64,000 nt of DNA. Source: Thermoplasmata archaeon (GTDB lineage Archaea > Thermoplasmatota > Thermoplasmata > Lutacidiplasmatales > UBA184). The stretch covers positions 21,561-85,560 of the forward strand of contig JAKAYL010000001.1 of NCBI GenBank assembly GCA_021809545.1. The letters run 5' to 3'. Shown here piece after piece: positions 47,543-55,035 of the stretch. The translations under genes and the position numbers were made by a program. The notes beneath the pieces are model-generated. The model was not told the DNA's origin. It worked only from the letters and a program-made list of their open reading frames with translations, and did no database searches. How positions within the stretch are numbered: the first letter of the stretch is position 1; each line of letters begins with the position of its first letter.

Positions 47543-49095
47543 GACCCGAGGTTCTGCTCGGGCTCGACGTGGGCACCACGTCGGTCAAGACCGTCGCAAT
47601 CGATACCACGGGACGCTGGCTGGCGACGGCCGCCGTTCCCCTCCGCACGCGTCATCCTGGGGAGGGGTGGGCGGAACAGGACCCTGAGGAACTGGTCCGG
47701 GCGGCTCAGGGAACCCTGGCCCGCGTGGCGACCAGCCCCTCCGTCCGGAGAGGTCAGGTGCTCGGCCTCGGAATCACCAACCAGCGGGAGAGCACTTTGG
47801 CCGTGGATCCATCGAACGGGAGGGCTCTCTCCCCCCTTCTCCTGTGGCATGACCTACGCACCCTATCTATCGCCGAGGAGTTCGGGAAAAGGGGCTGGAG
47901 GTCCCGCCTGTGGAAGTCGGGAGGGATGCCACTGACGACCTATCCCTCCGCCCCGAAGATCGTCTGGCTGCTCCGGAACTGCGCCAAGGTCCGCACCGCC
48001 GTTCCCAGGGACAGGGTCCGCTTCCTCACGGTCGATGCCTGGATCGCCTACCGGCTCCTGGGAGGAGCGCGGACCGGCGCCCCCTTCCTGACCGACCCTT
48101 CCAACGCCTCACGGACCCTTCTTCTCGATCCCGAGACCGGAAGGTACGACCCCGGGGCGTGCCGGCACTTCGGGGTGGATCGGGAGTGGCTGGCCAAGAT
48201 CGTCCCTTCCTGGGGGAAGGAGCTCGGCACCCTTCAGGCACCGGGTGAGCCGCTCCACGGAATCCCGCTGCTCTCGCTCCTCGGAGACCAGCAGGCCAGC
48301 CTCCTCGGGCTCTCGTCCCTCTACGGCGGCGACGCGAAGGTCACGCTGGGAACAGGGGCGTTCTTGCTCGCGAAAGGAAGGGGGAAGGGTGACCCCGAGA
48401 GGTCCGGCTACCTCCGGACCGTGCTCTGGCTGGAGGCGGGGAAGGATCCGGAGCTCGGGATCGAGGGCTCGGTCGGCGCTGCGGGAAGCTTCCTCGACTG
48501 GCTGTGCGGGAAGGGCCTCCGCCTCTTCCGCGACCCCGTGGAGATGGAGCGGCTGGCCCCTAGGGCCCGACCGCACGGAGGGGAACTCTTCGTACCGGCG
48601 CTCTGCGGGCTCTTCGCGCCCCACTGGAACCTGGAGGCCCGGGGGCTCCTTCACGGGCTCGACCTTTCCACCCGCCGGGAGGATCTGGCACGCAGCGCCT
48701 TCGAGGGCCTCGCCCATTCGATCGCCGATGTCGTGGAGGTGATCGCCCACGCCCGGGGAAGCTCGCTCTCCCCGCTGCTGGTGGATGGAGGCGTGGCCCG
48801 CTCCCGCCTTCTCCTGAAGCTTCTGGCGGAGTACTCGGGCACGACCCTCCGGCGGTGCGATTTCGTGGACGGCACCGCACTCGGTGCCGCGCTCGCGGCC
48901 GGCTACGGTTCCCGGTCGCTGCCCGGTCCCGGCCGGTCCCGCCCCAGGGCCCGGAGCGGGAGCGAGCTCATCGTGCCGAAAGGGCGTGCCGCAGACCGTC
49001 GGCGGTCACGGGAGGAATGGCACCGGGCGCTCGCTCACGCCTTCCTGCGGACGAACAGGCAGGGGGGTCCCTTCTCCATGGACCAGCGTCCCTGA
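47539..49095 (+). CDS. FGGY-family carbohydrate kinase (glycerol kinase/xylulokinase-like)
   Basis: N-terminal LGLDVGTTSVK and FGGY C-terminal domain. ATGA overlap with the hydrolase stop. The 740-aa ORF-track entry is a composite. Confidence 0.8.
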   Translation: MRPEVLLGLDVGTTSVKTVAIDTTGRWLATAAVPLRTRHPGEGWAEQDPEELVRAAQGTLARVATSPSVRRGQVLGLGITNQRESTLAVDPSNGRALSPLLLWHDLRTLSIAEEFGKRGWRSRLWKSGGMPLTTYPSAPKIVWLLRNCAKVRTAVPRDRVRFLTVDAWIAYRLLGGARTGAPFLTDPSNASRTLLLDPETGRYDPGACRHFGVDREWLAKIVPSWGKELGTLQAPGEPLHGIPLLSLLGDQQASLLGLSSLYGGDAKVTLGTGAFLLAKGRGKGDPERSGYLRTVLWLEAGKDPELGIEGSVGAAGSFLDWLCGKGLRLFRDPVEMERLAPRARPHGGELFVPALCGLFAPHWNLEARGLLHGLDLSTRREDLARSAFEGLAHSIADVVEVIAHARGSSLSPLLVDGGVARSRLLLKLLAEYSGTTLRRCDFVDGTALGAALAAGYGSRSLPGPGRSRPRARSGSELIVPKGRAADRRRSREEWHRALAHAFLRTNRQGGPFSMDQRP

Positions 49096-49793
49096 GAGCG
49101 CTTCCATACCTCGAGCTCGGTGTAACGCTCCAGCTCCACCGGCGCCACGGCCTTCCCCTCCGGCTTCAACTCCTCGAGCCACGGCTCTCCCTCGGGATTC
49201 GGTCCCGCATAGGAGACGAGGATCCGGTCGAAGGGGGCAAGAGTAGGACACCCGTGGTAGCCGCTCCCGCAGAGGACCCGGACCTCGCTCGGCTCGCTCT
49301 CCGGGGTCGCGATGGTGGAGACCGGACGGACCTCCTCCGCCGGGGCTCCGGGGGGAGGGCGAGTCTCCGTTCCCGAGGGGTCCTTCTTCAGCTCCGAGGC
49401 CTGGATCCCGAGCCCTCGGAGGATCTTGAGGGAGCGTTCCACCAGGGACGGCTCGTACTCCACCCCCACGACGAGCCCCCGGGGACCCACGAGGAGCGAC
49501 GCCAGGGCGAGAACGTATCCGCTCCCGCTGCCCAGTTCGAGGACCTTCATTCCTTCCTGGAGATCCCCCAGCTCCAACTGGATCGCGACCATGTGGGGCG
49601 CGGAGATCGTGGCCTCGGGACCTACGGGAAGGGGCGTGTCGACATAGGCGGTGGGCCAGAGTCCGCGGGAGAGGAAGCGGTGACGGGGGATCCTGCGGAG
49701 GGCGGAGGCGACCCGGGGATCCTTGAGCCTCAGGGCAGCGACCATCCTCCACGCCTTCTCGTTCCAGTTCGAGAAGCCGGGGTCGAGGAACAT
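49035..49793 (-). CDS. pcm: Protein-L-isoaspartate O-methyltransferase
   Basis: VLELGSGSGY motif I with PIMT-like flanking conservation. Start at MFLDPG; the longer ORF overlaps rlmE. Confidence 0.8.
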   Translation of the reverse strand: MFLDPGFSNWNEKAWRMVAALRLKDPRVASALRRIPRHRFLSRGLWPTAYVDTPLPVGPEATISAPHMVAIQLELGDLQEGMKVLELGSGSGYVLALASLLVGPRGLVVGVEYEPSLVERSLKILRGLGIQASELKKDPSGTETRPPPGAPAEEVRPVSTIATPESEPSEVRVLCGSGYHGCPTLAPFDRILVSYAGPNPEGEPWLEELKPEGKAVAPVELERYTELEVWKRSQGRWSMEKGPPCLFVRRKA

Positions 49794-49798
49794 GGATT

Positions 49799-50401
49799 TC
49801 ACCCGCTTTCTTCGGAGAATCCCTGGCCGAGCAGGTAGACCTCCGAGGACTGGCTGCGGGAGGCCCCGGGTTTCGTGACGGATAGGCGGACGAAGGACTC
49901 GCCCAGGTCCTTCCGGAGCTCCCCCGTGAGGTCGCCGTCGAAGAGCTTCGCCACGAAGGTACCGCCGGGCTCCAGCACGTGCTGTGCCACCCCGAACGCG
50001 CTCCTCACGAGGTCCACGCTGCGCGCGTGGTCCGTGGAATAGTTCCCGCTGATGGTGGGAGACATGTCGGAGAGGACGACCTGGAACCTCTCGGACCCGA
50101 GACGATCGAGCAGCGCCGGATCGCCCACCCGGCCGCGGAGGAACATGACCCCCTCGATCGGCTCGAAGGAGCGCATGTCCACGGCGACCACCTGCCCCTC
50201 GGGGCCGACGAGGTTGCGGGCGACGGTGCTCCATCCGCCCGGGGAGGCTCCCAGGTCGAGCACCCGGTCTCCCCGCCTCAGGAGGTGGAACCGCTCGTTG
50301 AGCTGGCCGAGCTTGAAGGCCGCCCTGGAGCGGAGCCCTTCCCGCTGGGCGGCCCGGTAGTACGGGTCGCGGTGGCGCTCGGTGACCCATCGTCTCGGCA
50401 T
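49799..50401 (-). CDS. rlmE: 23S rRNA (uridine-2'-O)-methyltransferase RlmE/FtsJ
   Basis: RSRAAFKL and VLDLGASPGGWS motifs; 200 aa. Confidence 0.85.
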   Translation of the reverse strand: MPRRWVTERHRDPYYRAAQREGLRSRAAFKLGQLNERFHLLRRGDRVLDLGASPGGWSTVARNLVGPEGQVVAVDMRSFEPIEGVMFLRGRVGDPALLDRLGSERFQVVLSDMSPTISGNYSTDHARSVDLVRSAFGVAQHVLEPGGTFVAKLFDGDLTGELRKDLGESFVRLSVTKPGASRSQSSEVYLLGQGFSEESG

Positions 50402-50508
50402 CCCCCTCCAGAGAACCCACGCTCAGAAAAGCGTGACCCAGGACACCCGGGACCCTGGACAGGCTTTTGCAGGTCGCGCGCCTGAGGGGTCGCGGAGGCA
50501 GAAGGACG

Positions 50509-51051
50509 ATGCCAGAGCCCGCAACGGTGTGGAAGAGATTCCTCGAGGAGCGACGGAAGCAGAAGGACGAGTACTTCCGGACCGACATGGACTCCCCCAT
50601 CCCCGAGGGCGAACGGAAGACCTTCCCCGGACTCAACTACTACCCGATCGAGGAGAAGCTCCGCTTCGCGGTGCGGCTGGCCCCCGTCGATCCTCCGACC
50701 CCGCTCAGCTTCGGGGTCTCCCAGGGCCCTCCGCGTCCCATGCTCAAGGTCGGCTACTTCGACTTCGTGGTGGACGGGGCGCCGCAAAGGCTCTGGGCGT
50801 ACCGTTCCGCCGACCCCCACGGGGGTGGGTCCCTCTTCGTCCCGTTCCGGGACGCCACCTCGGGCAAGGAGACCTATGGTGCGGGACGATACCTGGATCT
50901 CGAGGCGACCGAGGAGGGCACCTACACCCTGGACTTCAACGAGGCCTACAACCCGTATTGCATCTACAGCGACTGCTACTCCTGTCCGCTCCCGCCCATG
51001 GAGAACTGGCTCAAGGTCCCGCTGCGGGCCGGCGAGAAGACCTATCCCTGA
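50509..51051 (+). CDS. DUF1684-family protein
   Basis: GAGRYLD...FNEAYNPYCIYSDCYSCP matches the DUF1684 signature. Start set at the MPEPATVW ATG. Confidence 0.6.
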   Translation: MPEPATVWKRFLEERRKQKDEYFRTDMDSPIPEGERKTFPGLNYYPIEEKLRFAVRLAPVDPPTPLSFGVSQGPPRPMLKVGYFDFVVDGAPQRLWAYRSADPHGGGSLFVPFRDATSGKETYGAGRYLDLEATEEGTYTLDFNEAYNPYCIYSDCYSCPLPPMENWLKVPLRAGEKTYP

Positions 51052-51059
51052 ACCCGCGG

Positions 51060-52217
51060 TTAGAAGTCGACGGGCGTCCCGTTCCACGCGGCCCGGAAGA
51101 GCTTGGTCAGTTCCTCGCTCTTCGGCATCCTCGGGTTCGCGGTGACGCAGGTGGACTGGTCCGCGCGGGTGACCATCTCGGGGAGCGCCTTCTCGAAGGC
51201 CTCCTCGGAGATCCCCCCGATGTCCCGCAGGGAGGTCGACATCCCGATCTCCTTCCAAAGGGTGCGGATGCGGGCCGAGAGCTCCCTCGCGTCCCGTGTC
51301 GTCGACTCTCCGAGGACCGGGGCGAGGCGGGCGAACTTGTCCTTCGCGGACTTGAAGTTGAACTCGACGGCGTAGGGCAGGAAGACCCCGACGCTCCGGC
51401 CGTGGGGGATGTGCAGTGTGGACCCGAGGGCGTGGCCCAGCGCATGGCCGATGCCCACCTGGGCGTTCCCAAAGGAAAGTCCCGCCATGGTAGCAGCGTA
51501 GTGGACCGATTCCCGGGCCTCCGCGTTGGAGCCGTCCTTGACGGCCCGGGGAAGGTCCCGGAAGAGGAGGTGGACCGCCTCCTTGGCGAGCGCGTCCGAG
51601 AAGGGATTGGCCCACTCGGAGGAGATCGATTCGACGGCGTGGCAGAGGGCATCCGCCCCGGTGTCGGCCGTCAGTTTCGGGGGCATGCTGGCGGGGAGCG
51701 TCGGGTCGAGGACGGCCCACTCCGCGACCAGATCGCGGTGGGCGAGCTCGAGCTTCGTGCCCCCTTCCCCTTCCGTGAGGATGGTGGCCCAGGTCGTCTC
51801 GCTCCCGGTCCCGCTCGTGGTGGGGATCTGGACGAGACGCGCCTTCTTCCCGAGCTTCAGGTCGACGAGGGGAGTGAGCTCGTAGACCGTGAGGTCCGGG
51901 CGCTCATAGAGGGCGTAGATCGCCTTCGTGACGTCCATGGCGCTTCCCCCGCCGAGACCCACGATGAGGTCGGGACCGAAGCGCTTTGCGAGCTCCACAC
52001 CCTCCAGGACGCGCGACACGAGGGGCTCCGGGTCGATCTCCGCGAAGACCTCGATCGAGGTGCCGCCCTTCGCGATCTCTCCCTTGATCCGGTCCAGGGT
52101 GCCGTTCGTGGCGAGGAAGCGGTCGCAGACCACGAGGGCCCGCTTCGCGCCGAGGGAAGAGAGGTACTCTACCGATCCGGGACCGAAAACAATCTTGGGA
52201 CCGGTGAAGAACCACAT
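51060..52217 (-). CDS. Iron-containing (group III) alcohol dehydrogenase
   Basis: GGGSAMD and GIGHALGHALG metal-binding motifs. Start at MWFFTGPK; ATGA overlap with the SCP2 stop. Confidence 0.85.
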   Translation of the reverse strand: MWFFTGPKIVFGPGSVEYLSSLGAKRALVVCDRFLATNGTLDRIKGEIAKGGTSIEVFAEIDPEPLVSRVLEGVELAKRFGPDLIVGLGGGSAMDVTKAIYALYERPDLTVYELTPLVDLKLGKKARLVQIPTTSGTGSETTWATILTEGEGGTKLELAHRDLVAEWAVLDPTLPASMPPKLTADTGADALCHAVESISSEWANPFSDALAKEAVHLLFRDLPRAVKDGSNAEARESVHYAATMAGLSFGNAQVGIGHALGHALGSTLHIPHGRSVGVFLPYAVEFNFKSAKDKFARLAPVLGESTTRDARELSARIRTLWKEIGMSTSLRDIGGISEEAFEKALPEMVTRADQSTCVTANPRMPKSEELTKLFRAAWNGTPVDF

Positions 52218-52621
52218 CAGAGGAAGTCGGTCGGGATCTTGGTGGCGGTCTCCACCAGTTCCTTCGCTGCGCGCGTGTAGCGCATGACCTTCATCATGGC
52301 TCCCCGGAGCTTGAACTGTCCGCCGAGAAGTCCCTTGATCGGGTCGATCTCCTTCCCGATGAGCTTCTTCCAGTTCCCGTAGGTGCCCTCGTAGGTGAAG
52401 GCCGCGCTCTTCTCCGTGGGGGAGGCCAGCAACTTCGCGTCCCGGCACTTCCCGTGCCACAGGTCGAGCCAGAAGGCGGTCGGGGTGGTGATGGGCCCGT
52501 CCGGGGTGATGAGGAAGAGGAAATCGCCCTCCCAGGTACGAGCGGCGTCCTCATAGTCTGCGTTCTTGTTCAGCAGCTCCTTGAACTGGTCGATCCACTC
52601 CTGCGATGGGAATTGCACCAT
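52217..52621 (-). CDS. SCP2 (sterol carrier protein 2)-like domain protein, copy A
   Basis: 134 aa. Paralogous to 54573..54986 (FPSxQW, AARxWEG, DLWHGxCR, KIPTxF shared). Confidence 0.7.
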   Translation of the reverse strand: MVQFPSQEWIDQFKELLNKNADYEDAARTWEGDFLFLITPDGPITTPTAFWLDLWHGKCRDAKLLASPTEKSAAFTYEGTYGNWKKLIGKEIDPIKGLLGGQFKLRGAMMKVMRYTRAAKELVETATKIPTDFL

Positions 52622-52693
52622 GTTCGCGAGAACACCCGGGAGATTAAAAGGAAATCCCCCGGCTCCTGGGTGCGTTTCCCGGAGAGGGCGTCT

Positions 52694-52987
52694 TCAGAAC
52701 CAGGGGTCCCGGTGGAAGAGCTCGAGGAAGCGGGGATGCCCCTCGAGATCGGCCGGGACGTCCGGCATCACACAGAAGGGGGCCAGAGGCGCGGACTCGG
52801 GTCCTGGAACGGGGCCACCCCATTCCCGCAAGAGCTCCCGGGCCCTACGTCCCTGCTCGTAGCCTGAGATCCAGGCCGGGCTCTGATCCCTCAGCTGAAT
52901 CAGGGAACACGCGGTGGAACTCAGCCATCCCGCGTCGAATCCGCTATCCATCTCACTCTGCTCAAAGGTCTCCTCGGGCATCTTCAT
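52694..52987 (-). CDS. Hypothetical small protein (97 aa)
   Basis: High-GC codon usage like the host; no motifs. Confidence 0.3.
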   Translation of the reverse strand: MKMPEETFEQSEMDSGFDAGWLSSTACSLIQLRDQSPAWISGYEQGRRARELLREWGGPVPGPESAPLAPFCVMPDVPADLEGHPRFLELFHRDPWF

Positions 52988-53234
52988 GCCCTCCTTGGTG
53001 CGTCAGCTTTCGAAACGCTCCTGAAGTACCCTACTCCCGAAATGCATAAGAGCTTTGCTATAATCTAGCATGTCAACACCTGCCACCCTTCGACTGTCCT
53101 CAGGCATACGTTATGGTCAGGGGACAAAGTCACCCTTGTCGTCAACCACTCATCATGTGTGACCCCAACGATTCCGAAGTTGATGTGACTCTCCGGAACG
53201 GTTATTGGCCTGCAAGACTGTTTAACAATGAATC

Positions 53235-53690
53235 GTGAAATCTGATGAGTTGCCTCTTGGGGAGTTCTGGCTGCGCAAAGACAGAGCCACGATGGGTGTC
53301 ATGTTGTATTCTATCGGGGACTTGAGTCTCACCAGCAGACGACTCTTCTTTGTTCCAGACCGGAGTGAGAAGAGGATACAGGCTACCTTTGCGTTTGATT
53401 ATCCACTGGATGCACTCCAGGCCGTCGAGACCAGGAAACCGTTACTCATGAAGTTCCAGCGGCTCCGCTTCCAAGCTTCGGGAGTTTGGCGAGAAATGGA
53501 GGTCCCCTTTGCATCACATTGGATTGAGGATATCCAGAAGGCCAAAGATGGGAAGTTGACTCCGAGGGAGCCTCACATGATTGGTCAAGTGACCAAGTGC
53601 CAGCAGTGTTCTGAATACTTTGACAGACGGGATGGGGTTTGCCCTAGTTGCAACACACCCGTCGAAAGGATCTCCGTAAACCCTTTCTGA
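53235..53690 (+). CDS. PH/GRAM-like domain protein with a C-terminal zinc ribbon (low-GC islet)
   Basis: MGVMLYSIGDLSLTSRRLFFVPD is PH-like; C-terminal CQQCSEYF...CPSCNTP ribbon. The start may be the internal Met at ~53292. Confidence 0.45.
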   Translation: MKSDELPLGEFWLRKDRATMGVMLYSIGDLSLTSRRLFFVPDRSEKRIQATFAFDYPLDALQAVETRKPLLMKFQRLRFQASGVWREMEVPFASHWIEDIQKAKDGKLTPREPHMIGQVTKCQQCSEYFDRRDGVCPSCNTPVERISVNPF

Positions 53691-54109
53691 CTGTAGCTGA
53701 GCATCCAGCCTTCCAGACAACAACCCACGCCTTTTCGGGAAAGGGATTGACGTTCGGAGTGCGCCAAGTGAGAGAATCGACTGCCAGCACCAGCTATCTC
53801 TTCTGACCTTGCTTGGCCATGCCACTCGTAGACCTCGTGCCCCATATCGAAGCGCTCGAAAGTGGGGCGACCGTGAAGTATCAGGTAGACCCCTCGATAC
53901 CCCCGAACGCTCAGGCGCCATCGTCCGGGGAAGTTCCGGACTTGGCCCACGTCTGGGTCATGACTCTTGCGTGTGGGGTGTGTAGCGAACGCCGGGAACA
54001 CGGCAACGAACGCGTCTCTGACGTCCGGAGGCAGTGCGAGGAAATCTCCCATGGCGCTCTCTGTAAAGTCGACGAACTCTGTCCAGGGAGCGTCGGGCCT
54101 GGGGGCCAC
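53585..54109 (-). CDS. RelE/ParE-family type II toxin with an ~80-aa C-terminal extension
   Basis: The first ~95 aa (FVDFTESAMGDFLALPPDVRDAF...GRWRLSVRGYRGVYLI...ERFDMGHEVYEW) fit RelE/ParE. The ORF then runs on and overlaps the convergent gene by 106 bp. Confidence 0.6.
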   Translation of the reverse strand: MAPRPDAPWTEFVDFTESAMGDFLALPPDVRDAFVAVFPAFATHPTRKSHDPDVGQVRNFPGRWRLSVRGYRGVYLILHGRPTFERFDMGHEVYEWHGQARSEEIAGAGSRFSHLAHSERQSLSRKGVGCCLEGWMLSYSQKGFTEILSTGVLQLGQTPSRLSKYSEHCWHLVT

Positions 54110-54110
54110 C

Positions 54111-54344
54111 TCAGTGGCCCTTCGCCTTCAGGCGTTCGTGCTCCTTCAACACTTCCGTGCCCGACACGATCCTCTCGGTACGAAGTTGTCGCTCCAACTG
54201 AGCCTGCACCGTGGGGGATACGTAGTCCTGTGCCATGACTCGCAGTAGGTCGTCCCACGTCTGGGCACCAGTTTTCAACTCCCGGAGAAGTCGCACGGTG
54301 GAGGAGTGAACCGAGATGCTCGTGAGGGGATCTTGGGTCGGCAT
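54111..54344 (-). CDS. RHH (CopG/ParD-like) antitoxin
   Basis: 78 aa from the ATG at 54342-54344 (ISVHSSTVRLLRELKTGAQTWDDLLRVMAQDY). Its stop abuts the toxin start. A TATA and a palindrome lie upstream. Confidence 0.55.
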   Translation of the reverse strand: MPTQDPLTSISVHSSTVRLLRELKTGAQTWDDLLRVMAQDYVSPTVQAQLERQLRTERIVSGTEVLKEHERLKAKGH

Positions 54345-54361
54345 ACAATGAGAACAATCTT

Positions 54362-54380
54362 GACAATTGTATAAATTGTC
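54362..54380 (-). promoter_or_regulatory. Palindromic operator (GACAATT-N5-AATTGTC) overlapping the toxin-antitoxin TATA box
   Basis: A perfect 7-bp inverted repeat centred on GTATAAA sits ~25 bp upstream of the antitoxin ATG. This is the classic autoregulatory arrangement. Confidence 0.45.
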
Positions 54381-54572
54381 CTCTCCCAGATTGTCCACCG
54401 ACCTCCGAGTAATGGTGACCTCCCGGGAGGGGTCTCCCCGGGAGACTCTTGGGCTAGGGTTCACTCCAGGAACCCTGCCAGGGGAAAAGTCGCGGGGGTG
54501 ACCTTTGTCACCGCTCGTCATCCCCCTTGATATAGCCCCACGCCGGAGATCCCAGGAAAAAGGAGGTTCGGG

Positions 54573-54986
54573 TCAGGCGGGGAATTCGGTGGGCACCTTG
54601 CGGGCGCAGACCACGAGTTCGTTCGCCGCGAAGGGGCTGCCCCGACTGAGGAGGGTCATCACGCTCCCGCTCACTTGGAACTTGCCGCTCACGACCCCCT
54701 GGGGGGCATCGAGCTCCCCTTTGAGGAGCCGGTACCAGTCGGAATAGCGACCCCGCCAGACGTAGTCGGAGCGGATCTCGTCCAAGGAGGAGAGCACGCG
54801 TACCTCCCGGCAGGTGCCGTGCCACAGGTCCACGAAGACGATCCCCTCGTTCCGGAAGCGGTTGTCCGCCTCGATGACAAAGATGAAGGAGCCCTCCCAC
54901 TTCCGGGCCGCGGTACGATAGGCTTCGCTCCCATTGATCTCATCCTTGAAGAGCTCCAACCATTGCTTGGAGGGAAAGAGTGCCAT
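54573..54986 (-). CDS. SCP2-like domain protein, copy B
   Basis: 137 aa from MALFPSKQW; paralog of 52217..52621. The track ORF to 55295 is an N-terminal over-extension. Confidence 0.7.
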   Translation of the reverse strand: MALFPSKQWLELFKDEINGSEAYRTAARKWEGSFIFVIEADNRFRNEGIVFVDLWHGTCREVRVLSSLDEIRSDYVWRGRYSDWYRLLKGELDAPQGVVSGKFQVSGSVMTLLSRGSPFAANELVVCARKVPTEFPA

Positions 54987-55035
54987 GATAGCGCGCTCGG
55001 AGGAAGACCCTGCAAGTCTATATACTCTGTGGTCG

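Noticed and set aside
46873-49095. 740-aa ORF in the ORF track.
   Set aside because: It is a composite. Its first ~220 codons are an alternative frame across the alpha/beta hydrolase gene. The real FGGY kinase starts at the ATG at 47539 (MRPEVLLGLDVGTT), overlapping the hydrolase stop.
51060-52217. Glycerol-1-phosphate dehydrogenase (EgsA), which belongs to the same superfamily.
   Set aside because: The length (385 aa) and the GGGSAMD plus GHALGH metal motifs fit classic group III Fe-ADH better than the shorter G1PDH.
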